Shown here: piece by piece, positions 49,140 to 62,840 of the stretch
How positions within the stretch are numbered: position 1 is the first letter of the stretch
Layout: every line of letters starts with the position of its first letter
Origin: Chara braunii
Taxonomy: Eukaryota > Plantae > Charophyceae
Assembly: GCA_003427395.1 (NCBI GenBank)
Contig: BFEA01000001.1
Span: 5,785,719 to 5,849,718 of the forward strand
Reading direction: 5' to 3'
DNA: 64,000 nucleotides
Notes under the pieces: generated by a model
Told to the model about the DNA's origin: nothing
The model's input: only the letters and a program-made list of their open reading frames with translations
Database searches by the model: none
Made by a program: the position numbers and the translations under genes

Positions 49140-49371
49140 GGAAATCGGCCCCTGAGACATCATCTTCCAAAAGCATAGGAGCTGCCGCGAAGTTGGATGC
49201 AGACAAAGTGGATGGGGTTGCAGGAGGGACGGATGGTCTTGGGTTTATGGAGGACTCAGCAGGGCACCTTCTCAGGCTGCTTGTGGAAGCCCAGGCTTCT
49301 GACCCGGACGGTTCATCCTGCCTGGGAAAACTGGCGTTCTCTTCGCTTAACCCAGTCCCTGGGTATAGAAG
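49140..49371 (+). CDS. CLU: CLU exon 5
   Basis: ...DGLGFMEDSAG...LAFSSLNPVPGYRR; cag and gtatgt sites, phase consistent. Confidence 0.88.
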
Positions 49372-50107
49372 GTATGTTATCTATGGAGTTTGCAGACGAT
49401 GCGGTCTGTATCTTTTTTGGCCTGGTGTGGTCTACGGTGTGGGTTCAAGGTTGCTGTTGCCATGATCCTTGCTGGATTCAATGATGAAATCAGCCGACAA
49501 TTGGCTATGAAGTTTGACTCAGCACCACAATGACAAAATAATGGAGAAGAGGGGACGAAGAAGAACAAGACAAAGTAGAGAAGAATTGAAAACAGTCCCT
49601 ACAATACCTCTCTCCCTTGTGTTATTCACAATGTCCTCCTTCATCAAAGTGTCTCAAAGAACGAATGGAAGTTTTCACAAAGGATGGACAATGAATGAGT
49701 GCCAAGGCAGCCAAGTGTCTTTTCCACCCTTGAAAGATTAAGAGTGGGATTAGTGTATCCAATGCCATCTGCAATTACGTACGGCTGTAAGCTCACTCCT
49801 GAAAAAAGTGGACCTGTGAAGGCGTAGGAAAACGCAAAGTGCAAGGATGTATAATTGCGTGTATTGACGTCTGTGTTGTGACAGTGTTGCGCATGGCCTA
49901 GAGACCCCCCACAAAAAAATTCAGATTTTTCTGAACATTTGCTGATAGGGTGGTATTTGGGGGGGGAAGGGGGGGTAGAAGGGGTTTTGGTGGGGATAGG
50001 AGAGGTATAGATGGGGAATGAATCTTTAAAGATTCTTATTATTTATTCTACTGGCCCAAATGATCCAAAAATTTGGTGGCATACACCTAATGCAAGGTGG
50101 AAGCCAC

Positions 50108-50166
<59 letters not shown>

Positions 50167-51591
50167 GCTAGGTCGGACATACCCTGTCCGGTCCGACGTC
50201 CGACCAGACGTCCGGTCGGACATCCCGGACGGTCAGGGGGGTCCCGGACGTCCGGCCCGGTAACCTAGCTAAAAATGGGATTAGAGCAGATGGTTTGCAG
50301 CTTAACAGGAGGGCAGAGGGTGCATCTCCTAGTGCTAGATGCGGCGAAACAAGGATAGGATTGTTGATCGTTCAAGCAAACATGTGCTGGTAGCTTAATG
50401 TACTAGTTGTGGGAGGCATTTGACATGTTATTAAACTCTCGGAGGGCATCCTTGTCTAGGCGCGTTTCGATAATGACGTTCGTTGGCATGATCTTCAAGC
50501 CGGGCTGCTCACTTGTATGCTTTCATTGATGATGTTCTTTCATGGGGGCAATTATATCAGATGGGTCGTGTGCATATTTAGGTATGCGACTACGGGTCTG
50601 CTCTGATGGCTCGCTTTGTATGAGTGTCTTTGATAAGGCGGCGGCCCGGGATTTCCGTGTCGTTTGTTAGCCGAGTGCAATCTCCAACATCCCTTCCCAT
50701 CACAACCGACATGTCTCTGACCTTTGGGAGCTGTGGGACAATGGCACCATGGTCCATGCCACGACTAATGCTACGGGTTTCTTACGTAACGATGCTGTTT
50801 TCTTGCCACGGCAAACCGTCCGCACACTCTTTTATGCCGAAGATAATTGTATTGCAAATGGATGACAACGTATCAAAAATCCTGCAACCTTGTCCATTGC
50901 ACAGCTACAGACAGTGTTACACTTGGCTGCAGCCATCATCGACTCTTTCACAACCACTATAATGACTTGGTTTCTGCATTCACGTGGGTGGAGAGGACTG
51001 ACCCTCCTCTCCTGACAGGCACCCTCTGCATCTGGACACACTGTCCATTTTGCGGCCATGGGAGTTATACTGAATGCACAGTCTTTTGTGGTGCCTGTGT
51101 TCCTTCATGTTAGCGTGCAATTGGCATGTCATGTGTTGGGTGTGTTTGGTGAGCATGGTTAATGCTAGCTGTCATGGCAATTGTTTTCCAGGTCCTCGTC
51201 CGTCTCATCCTTGACCTCTCTGTCATCAAGGACAGACTGATTCCTGAGCCTTCTCTTATCCTTTCCTATGCGTTCATCTTCATTCCGCACTCCTTACTTT
51301 CCCCGTCTTTCCCTTGGTCTTCCTTTGCTTTGTCTTCTTTGCATCTTTTCTCTCTGTTTATCCCCTCCCCCTTTTCTCGGCCTCTTTTTCACATTGTACA
51401 ACTGTGCAGTTATGGCATACGAGGAATGTGGGCAGCTTGTGTTCAACTTAATCAACATGGCAAGCCTTGTATGCGAGAGGCCAAGTAAAGGGGGAGGTAA
51501 AAGGAGCAACAGTAAGGAAAGAAACAAAGAACAAAGAGCTGCATAGGAAGTGGCAAAAGCGGTTTCATTGTGGTCTTCATGTTTCGAGAAG

Positions 51592-52030
51592 AGGTTAACA
51601 AAGCCCTGAATTTTAAGTATTTTTTCAGGGTCATTATAACAAACGTCCCATACCGTTTACGCCGCACTTGTCACCAGTCCACAGAGTGGACACCAAATAA
51701 ACCAACGGCAAAAAAATAAAATAAAAACATTTGATCAAAGGGGCCTTAAACCCCAAGGCCAAAGTGTGTTTTCATGCAAAATTCACTCTTTTCAGTTTTC
51801 AGGATTTTCAGGATTTTTCAGGGCTGGCCAAAACAGTGAACTCCAAGACCCCAACAAACACCAAACTTGGCACACACAAACCTTGACCAAAAAAAAAATA
51901 GGGCAAAAAAAAAAAAAAAAAGAAAGCTGGAAAAAATGATCTCCAATGCACTTTTCAGGGTTGGGGGTGTTACCTTGGGGCTGCATAGTGGGGGGTTTGG
52001 GGCTGCATAGTGGGGGGTCCCTGTTAACCT
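51592..52030. mobile_element. MITE with AGGTTAACA termini
   Basis: aggttaaca...tgttaacct; internally similar to 61232-61635. Confidence 0.55.
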
Positions 52031-52548
52031 TTGGTGCATGTTTCTCGTATATTTTTACCGTTTTTTGTTTTTCAAAGTGCGCTCTTTGGTTGATAGATGT
52101 GTGACAATATATGGGTGTTTTCCCTTAAATTTGTTTGGGGCGTTTTTCTTTTAATGCGTCTTAAATTCTTAATGGGTATGCTGGGTGCGATCTTTGTTGA
52201 AGGTTGATGTTGAGTTCAAAGAAGCTTTTGCTAAGGTCAGAGTGTCGGTTTCGCTCTTAGATGTTCAGTTGTAGGCGCTCAGATACATTCGGGGAGTCAT
52301 TTCGTCTCATTTGCGTAACAGAGCTCTCGGGACATGAAGTCATGAATAGCTCTTTGGTGTTCCACTATTTCTTTTTTGCATCAGAGACATTTATACTTTG
52401 TTATTTGTCGCTTGTTTGACATGGGTCTTCCTTGCAGTTGCAGCGTGCATTTTTAACAGGCTTCCGTGTTATGACTGCTGTGGCTTCCAGCAAGAAATGG
52501 TGCTTGCAGGGACTCATGTTTTGGCCAATTAATGTTTTGGATGTGCAG

Positions 52549-52742
52549 GCTTCAAGGTGACATCCTTTACCTTGACGTGGTTACTTTAGAGGGGAAGAAA
52601 CTGTGCATTACTGCACACCAGAGAGGTTTCTTTGTGAATAAGACGACCGCAAGTGTGCTGAACCCGGAGCCGGCATCACCGCGCCTGGAGGCGACAACAC
52701 TTGTGGGATTGCTCAAGAAGGCTAGTGACAAGTTTGCAGCAG
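52549..52742 (+). CDS. CLU: CLU exon 6
   Basis: LQGDILYLDVVTLEGKKLCITAHQRGFFVN...TLVGLLKKASDKF. Confidence 0.95.
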
Positions 52743-53974
52743 GTAAGAGTGGGTGACAAATGTTTTTTTCTTGTTCTTTTTGTTTTCATTGTGTCTGTCA
52801 CCAGCAGCAGTGGGAGTACCTTTCTTCCCGCAATTACCAGGAAAGTGCAACGTATCTCAGCTGGATCACAACTGGAATTCTTTATGAATCTTGCAGGCAA
52901 CAAGCGAACGGTTCAATCCTTTCAACGTGGAGCTCACTCCAAGCTGAAGCCTTGCTTTGATGATGTCATCACCCCCGGGAGCTGGAGAGATGGAATTGCT
53001 ATAGTTTGAGTCTGCACAACCGTCTATAGGAACCAGATTGGCAGATCCTGCGAACCGTTTCTGAATGGACAAAATGACAAATTCTACGTTGTTGGCAAGT
53101 GAGCCGCGGCATTGTATTCATTGAATTTCATTCATTATTAGTATTATTGATGCTTTCCTCCTCTCGTCTACTTCTTCTCCACCCTCATCTATTTTCTGGT
53201 TGAGGCTATATTGTGTGAGAGGAATAAAGATATGCATGGTGCTTTCATTGTGAGCTTCACATGAGTGGGTTCATTACTGACTGTTTTAATTCAGCAATTT
53301 CGTCCAGAGCCCATGGTCGACTTTCGGCATATTGTTCTTTGCAGATGGTTTCTATCAATTTCTTTGCAATTCCATTCCCGCCTTCAGCCTAGAGGACGCT
53401 CCCACTAAGAACTCGCCACCTCAGCACCCATCTCTACTGATGTCACTGATGCAGTCTCTCTGCAGCAGTCTCTCTCTACAGGCAGGTTCAACGTCCAGGA
53501 CGTCCTAAAAACCACCGGTCTCCAGAAGCAACCCGCTGTCTCAACCATTGGATGTGTGTGAGATCTGTGGCTGTGGCCGACTCCTCAGAAATGTTTGACT
53601 CTCGGTATGCTGTCTGAGTTAGGGCTGACTCTTCGACTTTCCTACAGTCAACTGTGGTCTCTGGAGTGCACGCGGTGCCTCTTTTGATCCTCGTCCTAGT
53701 ACCTTCTGACTGGAGAGCTTCCCAACCCCCCCTCAAACGCAGTAGATGGGATTTCTGACCTCTGAACATTCTGTACCAACAGCCATGACCGTAGATTGTG
53801 TCTGTGCAGATTTCGCACTGGGTTCTTTGCTGGTCTGTCTAAGTGATAAGAACTAGAATTGTTTTAGTGTCCCATGGGGGAAACTTGAGCACTTGTATGC
53901 AGTGAGAGGAATATGTTCAGTGAAAGGAATATTTTATTATTTTCTAATTTGCTTGGCTTTATATTGGGTGGCAG

Positions 53975-54076
53975 GGTTTGCAGATGTGTGGGAGAAGAAA
54001 AGTGCTGGTCACCAGTTCGAGAATATGCAGCTCTCTTTGCCACCCAACCCTTGGCTTGGTGCGACTCCGCCAGCAG
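53975..54076 (+). CDS. CLU: CLU exon 7
   Basis: FADVWEKKSAGHQFENMQLSLPPNPWLG; canonical sites. Confidence 0.9.
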
Positions 54077-54767
54077 GTATGTCTGCCTGCCTGCCTGCCT
54101 CTTTCACCTGATCGATCTTGCGTTCTATGTGGCTGTTCTTTACTAGGTATGGCCGAGTCTCCATGTCATCCCTTCTCTTCATGCCTGATCGTGCTCTGCT
54201 GCAATCAAGCTGTCACCCTGTTCGAATGCAAGTCGACTACCCGTAGCAGTGTTTTCAACAGAGGCTTGTGGATCTCCTTTAGTTGGCAACCATGCATGGC
54301 GCAATTGAGTTTGCAAATCTTGAAAGGCACAGCTGCCATGTGTGTACATGATGTAAGCTCTGTGTTTTTCTTGGTCGATGTGCTGTTACTTGTCATAGAC
54401 TCGGGGAGATACGGAAAGAGAAAGCGAGGGAATGGGAAGTGAAATCTTATCGTGTCTGGGAATACTTCGTGTTCGGTTGTCTTGGGATTTGCTGGTTGGG
54501 AAGAGATGCAGGCTGCATGCTGAAGGGAGTGGATGCAGACAACCTTGTGAGTATGCTGTACAGAATGCAACGCATTTTCGTGGTGAAGTATAACAATGCC
54601 ATGGGCCACTGAAGGAGTGAACCACTCCCAGTTGACAGACACTGTAGGGAAGTTAACCTCTGTGACGTGTTTGGTGAACTTTTGGAGGTGTTTGCAGCTG
54701 CATGTGATGCCTATTGTGGCGGCAGAAACAATGTTGAAGCTTTTGTGCAATTGTGTTGTTCGAGCAG

Positions 54768-54903
54768 CTCATGTCCGTGATGTTGCAAGGGCGGAAGAGG
54801 CACTGCTTACTCCATATGGGACTGATGTGACGGGTATTCAGAGGGACTGGAATGAAGAGCTACAGAGCTGCAGGGAGCTACCAAGAGAATCTCTCCAGGA
54901 TCG
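54768..54903 (+). CDS. CLU: CLU exon 8
   Basis: HVRDVARAEEALL...QRDWNEELQSCRELP, a signature CLU-domain motif. Confidence 0.95.
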
Positions 54904-57900
54904 GTATGATGACCTCTGAAGCCTTTAGCCGTTTTTGCTGTGTATTCATCTTGGCAAGAGGAGATGACTTGTATCCTGTTAGTAGAGCAGGGGCTGATGA
55001 ATCGGGGTTTTTGAGTATGGCGGGAAAGGTGAAGTGTACGGATGATTCACGTTCTGGATGAGGAGAGGGGATTATATAATACATCAGGGACAAGGGTGGC
55101 AAAGGGGTAAAGAAGGACACTGGCAAGGGAGCTGCCTGGAACGATTCAGATCGTCTTTGTTTTACTGGCTTATTCATGGAATGTGAAGGGGGGGATGCGC
55201 AGGAGGTGGGGAAAGATTAAGGGGAGTTTTAAGTGATGGTTTGTGCCCAACTTTCTGTGGTCTCTGCATTTTGGCAAGTAGTGAGCTGGGGTCCGTTAAC
55301 TGATTCTTTGCTCACAAAGTTGCACACTGAAAAAGGCATATGCACACCCTCCATGGACAGCGACAACGGATGCATCGGAATCTTTCATGGACTGCCTCAG
55401 CATCCAAATGTGGTCCTATGTTAGCTCGTGGTTTTCTCAGACTCTAGGCTGCTAAGGAGTGTTTTGTATTCTGTTATGTTGGCGACAATAGTTGAATTGT
55501 CTTTGGTCGTCTTCTTTTGTTCGACAGAAGGTGCACCAAAGCATTTGTGCACTTTGCGGCACAGGGTAATCAAGGCATCGGAAACAACTATTACCACATT
55601 GTCTTGAAGTCTCCACATATCAAACAATTTCCTGATAAGGATGCTTTGCGTGGCTGCTGTTGACTTGTGTGTTGAGTGCCTACTGGCCATGCGCTGTGAG
55701 CTGGGACTCGGCAGGCGTGGCTGGTGTGGGAACACTGGAAGTGCTAGTGCGGAGCACTGTCGCCAGTCTCTACACCTCCCCTCTGTGCCAGCTGGCCTAC
55801 AGCAGTGTCCCTTATCCAACATTGTCGTTAAATTGCACCCAACAATAATGGCTAAGGTCCTGCTAATGCGGGCCACGAAGGCCAGTGGGATATCTCTAGA
55901 CGGTAGAGCACCAAGCATGCACATGAGGCAGAATTGGAATGGTAGTTATTGAACCCACAACCTCCTGGGTGCAACTTCTGTGCCTTGCTAACAAAGCAAG
56001 CCCGATTGACCGAGAATCAGAAAATTTAGAACGTATAAGAAAAAGAAATCTTTGGAAAATTAATTAGTAATTTTTTTATTATTATTTCTCCGGCTATGAT
56101 CTGAAAGAACATTTATTCCAACCATGGATAAACAACCGGAAGCTAGCAGGGAGGGGATCACTGTTTGCTTCACGATAAGCTGCTGCAAGGTCCTCTCAGC
56201 CGCAATGCAGGAGTGACTGTGAGTACTACATATTGCATGTTTTCTTTTGACTGGCTGGTCAGATATGAATGGGAACAACACTTGCTAAACCACCACGACC
56301 CCCGATACTGTTTTTGCCGAGCCTGAATTTCATTGCGCAGCAAGTTTTGCCGAGCCTGGGTCCCATACTTATTTCTAGACTGGTATTCACGGCCGTTACA
56401 TCCCGAATAGAACAAAAAAAAGAAAACAAAAAAAGAAAAAAAAAGAAACTTCGCCACATGCCGTGATAGCCATCAGATATATTCTATGAGGTGCTGGTGA
56501 GACTGTGCCCTCAGTGAGGGCATCTGTCCCTTATGCTGCTATCGCGGTCCAATACAGGATGCTACAGTGCAGGTGTGAGTATGACGTGAGTGAGGCAGTT
56601 GGCCGCCCCCAGTGGAATCCGCCCTGCATCGTAGGCAGGGCACCAACGAGAAACGAAAAGCTGGAACTAGTGTGAGGTATTAGTAGAAGGCGAATCTCTA
56701 GTGTAGGCAGACAGGACTCAGGGAGGGGAGTAGGAGGTAAGGGATAAGGGCAAAGGAAATTGGAAGGCAGGAGATGGTGGACAGTTAAGACAGGAAGGTC
56801 TTAAGAATGTGGATGTGGTGGGAAAGTGAGGTAGAGGGAAGGTAGAGCTGAGGCAACTAGGATGGCAATGAGTTGAGCAAGTAACATGCGGCCAGAGGGG
56901 CTGGCAGGTCACTTGCAATGACTTGCTGATTTCTGCTGCCGAGATCTGACTGCGAGGTTGTATAGTCGTGTCCTACGGTCAGATCCGTAATTTTGTTTGT
57001 GTCAGGGACTAACCGCCGGTCCAGTCCTGAGGGAAATTCGTGAGGGACATATCTGCAATTTACACAAAATTGCAGGCCCGAGTTCCCCTTATCCGTTACT
57101 GCCCTTAGCAGACCCGGGCTATCACTAGGACAGCAGGCCCATCTGGGCCTTGGGCTGTAGAGATGGTTTAGACGCCGTATAGCCGGTTAGGGCCCAGGCC
57201 GAGCAGGCCAAACTGATGCGGTACCGGTCCAGTAGGTCTAGGTCTAGGGCAGGCTGGTCTATTAATAGGACTGAGCCTGTAGTTTAGGGACTTTTGGCTT
57301 TTCATTTCCACGATGCAGCGTTGTGAGCCAAGCAAGTAGGTGGTGGTGATTGTCTACAGGCGGCATCCTGGGACCCTCGCCGTGGACGGCAGCCATAGCC
57401 TGCCTTCTGGAGGTTGCCATAGCTGGGGCATCCACAGCGCATCTACCCCTGGGGGTATCTGCGTCTGGCTGGGCTAGACCGAGGCTCTTCACTGGGTACT
57501 CGTGGGTGGACCACTGTCGCCCATCTCGCATCTGGAGATATCAGGGCTGTGTCAGTGGTGTGGCAGCCATAGCTGCCTGTTTCCTCGTCAGAGTTGTTCA
57601 TCGGCACTGAAGACTTCATCCCGGGACCTGTTCTTCATCTGAGCGGTGGGCGGTGGCCTCTGGGAGGCCTTCTCAGTGTTGCACTACTAACTGTGTGTAG
57701 GGTAGAGAGTGGAGTGTGGAGTTCTGAGGGTGGTGAGATACTGAAACAAACTCTGTGATGATAATTGGTCCGAGTTGGCTCATCATTGGTGTAAATCCTA
57801 TTGTTATCCTCGCAGGTGTCTTCTTGTGATTGGTTGTTGGGAGTATTGTCAGAGAGTGAGAAATACTGTGTGTCTCTCCCCATCTGTGCATGGTTGTATT

Positions 57901-58019
57901 TCGCTGCCTACTTTGATCTGTGTGCAGTTTGGACTGTCTCCTCTCCCCTTCGTCTTATGCATGTATGGGCGTGTATGAGATTGTCTGTGTGTGAGTGGCG
58001 GTGAAAATCGTCAAACAAC

Positions 58020-58340
58020 CAAGTTCATAACACACTCCTCCCCCCTGTGCCTGGACCCCTTGGACCTTATCCTGCAGTGTGACTGGGTGCTGCTAATAAT
58101 TTTCCGGACTTGAAGGAGAATCACCAAGGAAAGGCCAAAAGGCAGGGGGTGTTGGCGCTGTGGGAACCCCCCCTTCAATAGGCGGCTCGAGCCACAAGGG
58201 CAGGCTGTCTCTCTTCGCTGTCTCTTCCCCCCCCTTTCTTGTTTCAAATTGTATAAAAAACAGTGCTTGCCGGTGATAAGCAACCGGACTGATGCCCCCC
58301 ACAATAGAAGGGGCTGGTGTTGTTGGGTAAAAAAAATCGA
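58020..58340 (+). mobile_element. Retroposon 3' end sharing its tail with the LINE at 45308
   Basis: ttgccggtg..a..aaccggactga.gc.ccc.a.aatagaagg.gc is the reverse complement of ~45340-45397; ends in an A run. Left boundary approximate. Confidence 0.6.
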
Positions 58341-58981
58341 AAGAACAAAACAAAACATAAGCAATCACGTTCCCCACATGCTGGCCACATGCTTTCCTCA
58401 GAGCACTGGTGTGACTTCCACCTCGTGAGGGCCTTCCCCAAAGTTGCTGGTTTCAAAGTTCTAAGATAAAAAGAACGGAAAAAAAAAAGAAACTTCCCCA
58501 CACGCCGTGATAGCCATCAGATAGATTCTATGAGGTGCTGGTGAGACTACCCTCAGCGAGGGCATCTGTCCCTATGAGAAGCAAATGAGGGACAAAAAAA
58601 AAGAACTTACCTTATGCTGCTATCGCAGTCCGGTGGAATCTGCCCTGCCTCGCGGGCAGGGCACCAACGAGAAACGAAAAGTAGGAAAACAAAAACAAAC
58701 ACAAGGAATCACGTTCCCAACATGCTGGCCAGATACATTCCTCAGAGCACTGGTGTGGCTTCCACCTTGTGAGGGCCTTCCCCGAAGTTTTAAAGTTCTT
58801 AGTTCGTTTTTTTTTTCTTCTCACTGTGGGACTGCGGGGTCCGAATGCTTTTTATTCTTTTTTTCCAACCGACCGTATGCCAGACCCCCAAACTTTTCGG
58901 ATGAAGTCATTTTCCCAAATTGGACTACAGCTTGGAAAGGTAGTGGTGGGGTTTAATGGGAAAAAATGATTGACGGGGTTA

Positions 58982-59471
58982 TGGCGATGATGATTGGTTT
59001 CTGGTTTTTCTTAATTAAGTAATTTATTGTTTAAACTTTCAGGGTATAGTCCCAGCCAATTTTGTTGGAAATGGTCTTACATTACATGCCTCTTTCCTAT
59101 TCTAAACGACTTTCCCTTGTTTTTTTCTCTGTCCTCGTCACGTTTCAGTGTTCAGTGTGCCTGTGACGTGCCTGTGGTGCTGCACATGGTGCATGCCTTC
59201 CAATTTCAATGGGAACAAGGCATTGTTGGCGATGATGATTGGTTTCTGGTTTTTCTTAATTAAGTAATTTATTGTTTAAACTTTCAGGGTATAGTCCCAG
59301 CCAATTTTGTTGGAAATGGTCTTACATTACATGCCTCTTTCCTATTCTAAACGACTTTCCCTTGTTTTTTTCTCTGTCCTCGTCACGTTTCAGTGTTCAG
59401 TGTGCCTGTGACGTGCCTGTGGTGCTGCACATGGTGCATGCCTTCCAGTTTCAATGGGAACAAGGCATTGT
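58982..59471. repeat. 245-bp near-perfect tandem duplication
   Basis: tggcgatgatgattgg... at 58982 and 59227; one substitution noticed. Confidence 0.9.
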
Positions 59472-59765
59472 TTCACAGTGGACGCCACAGGGCGAAGGGT
59501 TTATCATGTGGTCAATTGGCCATGGTTATCGAGTATGTGGTTCTGTACTCCTTCTAGGAGGACCCTCCCACCCCCCCCTAATGGAGTGATTATGTTATAA
59601 CAGTAATTGGCTGGCTTTTGTGGATGACCAGGGTAGCGCTTGAGCAATGATGCCTGCTCCTCATGCTCTTGTTTCAAACATTCTGTTGTGGTTTTGGTTT
59701 GTTCTCGGATCTTATACAACCACCTCATTGGCTCTGTTTTTCTGGTTTCAACCGTGGTTTTGCAG

Positions 59766-59894
59766 GATAATCCGTGATAGGGCTTTGTATAAAGTGACAT
59801 CTGATTTTGTCGAGGCTGCGGTCAAGGGTGCAAAGGCAGTGGTTGGACACTCCATCACACCGATCAATCCAACAGATCCAGAGCGCTTCCATAT
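59766..59894 (+). CDS. CLU: CLU exon 9
   Basis: IIRDRALYKVTSDFVEAAVKGA...PINPTDPERFHM. Confidence 0.95.
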
Positions 59895-60043
59895 GTAAGC
59901 TTCATTTCTTGCTGCCAGAGCTCCCCTTGATGACTGACTGAAGTCTTTACAGTTTGTGGGTCAGTGTCAGTGCATTGCTCCGCCGTTGGAAGGTTGTTTA
60001 TTAGTCAACAAGTATGTGGGAAGCTTTGCTATCATCTTTGTTT

Positions 60044-60345
60044 GGGAAAATTTTCGAGATGCCCCTGAAATTTCCATTAATTTACCGTGTGCCCCTCTGA
60101 ACTCCGACTTACCCTGTCGTGGCCCTGGGGCCTCTGAAGTTTTTAGCAGGCCCCTGTCAGCAAGGGGCACAACTTTCCGCTATGCCCTTACCGGACGGCG
60201 GATGGCGTTTCGTCGGTACCTCCTCCAAATGCCCTCACAAGGGCCATGCATCTTTCTGTGACGCCCTTGCAGCAGGCCACCGAAAATGCAGCAGCAGTCA
60301 GTCTCTTCACGTTCGCTGGTTGGAGTTGCTGCCGTGCGAAGGTGA

Positions 60346-60384
<39 letters not shown>

Positions 60385-61094
60385 CGAGAGNNNNNNNNNN
60401 NNNNNNNNNNNNNNNNNNNNNNNNNNNNNNNNNNNNNNNNNNNNNNNNNNNNNNNNNNNNNNNNNNNNNNNNNNNNNNNNNNNNNNNNNNNNNNNNNNNN
60501 NNNNNNNNNNNNNNNNNNNNNNNNNNNNNNNNNNNNNNNNNNNNNNNNNNNNNNNNNNNNNNNNNNNNNNNNNNNNNNNNNNNNNNNNNNNNNNNNNNNN
60601 NNNNNNNNNNNNNNNNNNNNNNNNNNNNNNNNNNNNNNNNNNNNNNNNNNNNNNNNNNNNNNNNNNNNNNNNNNNNNNNNNNNNNNNNNNNNNNNNNNNN
60701 NNNNNNNNNNNNNNNNNNNNNNNNNNNNNNNNNNNNNNNNNNNNNNNNNNNNNNNNNNNNNNNNNNNNNNNNNNNNNNNNNNNNNNNNNNNNNNNNNNNN
60801 NNNNNNNNNNNNNNNNNNNNNNNNNNNNNNNNNNNNNNNNNNNNNNNNNNNNNNNNNNNNNNNNNNNNNNNNNNNNNNNNNNNNNNNNNNNNNNNNNNNN
60901 NNNNNNNNNNNNNNNNNNNNNNNNNNNNNNNNNNNNNNNNNNNNNNNNNNNNNNNNNNNNNNNNNNNNNNNNNNNNNNNNNNNNNNNNNNNNNNNNNNNN
61001 NNNNNNNNNNNNNNNNNNNNNNNNNNNNNNTGAGAATGAATCTTGCCGCCCTCTCACAGACGATTCATTCTCATTTTGCAGTTTTGTGTCCACG

Positions 61095-61137
<43 letters not shown>

Positions 61138-61931
61138 AGCGAGCCAGCGAGCGAGCGAGAGAGAGAGAGAGAGAGAGAGAGAGGGCAGGGCAGAAAGATC
61201 CTCTCCCAGGGCCAGGGGAAAGGCCGAGAAAAGGTTAACAGACCCCCAATTTTTCACCTCAATTTATAAGAAAACCATAAGGCCATCCCAAGCAAACTTC
61301 ACACCAATCTATAGAGTGCACTTCTTACTAACATATTATAACAAAAACACCAAAAAAAAAAAAAAAACAAACACATAAAACAGCAACTCAAAAGTGCATT
61401 TTCAGGCAATTTTGCCAAAAAACAACTCCATCAAAATTTCAGGATTTTTAGGATGATTAACAGCACAAATTCTAATAACCCAAATGACACGAAATTTGAC
61501 ACACAGCAAGCTTGTCCTAAAACAAAAACAGGCAAAAAACAAAATTCCGAAAAAACACAAAATTTGACCCCGAAACCCTAATTTCAGGATCATTCATCGT
61601 TACCCAGGGCCGAAAAGTGGGGGTCCCCGTTAACCACTTGTGCCGAGAGTGTCAACAACAGCCACAGGGGCATGCTGGAAAGACGCTCGGTACCGGTAGG
61701 GGCGTATGGGGAATGCTTCTGCTGGTTCTCAACGGCTATTTGGTAGGGGCGTACTGGAAATTTGGGGGAGGTACCGTTAGGGGCATATGAAACATGTTTC
61801 AGGCCCAAACGACACCAGGGGTTTTCTGGAAAGATCATTCGTTGTAAGGGGAGCGCGACAGGGTAAGTTGGCCGTCAGAGGGGCATGCCGCAATTCAATC
61901 AAAATTTCAGGGGCATATCGAAAAATTTCCC
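60044..61931. mobile_element. Non-autonomous Mutator-like element (MULE)
   Basis: TIRs over 80 bp starting gggaaa.ttttcga.atgcccctgaaattt; perfect 9-bp TSD tctttgttt at 60035-43 and 61932-40. Confidence 0.9.
61232..61635. mobile_element. GGTTAAC-terminal MITE nested inside the MULE
   Basis: aggttaacagacccc...ggggtccccgttaacc; same family as 51592-52030. Confidence 0.55.
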
Positions 61932-62434
61932 TCTTTGTTTTCAATGGTCAGGACGACGGGAGTGATGACCTGTGCCAGCGTGTAGGCTGCGGGTTTTCTC
62001 TGATCGCCTGATGGAGGTGTTTGATGAGATGGATGGCATGGTGCAGCTTTGAATTGAGATTGATTAGATGTTGTGATCTTTGGCGGTGATCTTCCTGTTA
62101 TCTCCATGTTTTGGCCTTTGCTGCACGGTTTGGTCTGGAAGAGGTGATGCTGCTTAATGGGGTCAGACAACAGGAATGGTGCTGTATGACAGTCTCATAG
62201 AATGGGGTGACGTGATTTGCATTGGGAAAAGAGAGCAACAGGTTATCTAAAGAAAGAAAAAACATAGACCGAGAGGAGGATGGATGGATGTGAAGGTAGT
62301 CGTCAATTGGAAGGAAACAAAGGAAAAACTTGCGTGGTTAATGCATACACGGATCAGAGTGAAGGCGTTAAACATATCTGTTTCTTTCAGAAGTTGTGAC
62401 GCGATTGACAGGCTCTATTTGTCTCCCCTATTAG

Positions 62435-62840
62435 GTACGTACACAATGGGATTTTCTTTAGCTTTGCGGTGGATGGTGACTTCGTAATGATTCAGCAACT
62501 GAGGGAGGAGGAGCTCAAGCAGAAGCAGCAGGCCGAGCCCAATGCCGATGCAAAGGAGGTAACAGGGGATGGAGAAAAGTTGGAAGCTGAGGTGGTTTCA
62601 TCAGAGGGCCCAGTAGGGGAAGGAACCTCACCAGCAGATGGATCAGCAGTGGATGCCTTACCGTCTGGCGCGAAGCAGGCTGGAAGCAACCCACTTGTGT
62701 TGGAGGGAGAGCAAGCAACTTATGCCTCTGCAAACAACGATCTGAAGGGGACACGTGCCTTCAATACAGCTGATGTGTCTGGACTCTACACACTGGCCAT
62801 GGCAATTGTTGATTATCGAGGATATCGTGTAGTGGCCCAG
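62435..62840 (+). CDS. CLU: CLU exon 10 (gene continues beyond the window)
   Basis: YVHNGIFFSFAVD...EQATYASANNDLKG...LAMAIVDYRGYRVVAQ|gtatgt. Confidence 0.95.

Noticed and set aside
60188-61269. 300-aa ORFs (similar ones at 29261-29800 and 38910-39338)
   Set aside because: Open only because they cross N gaps and microsatellites.
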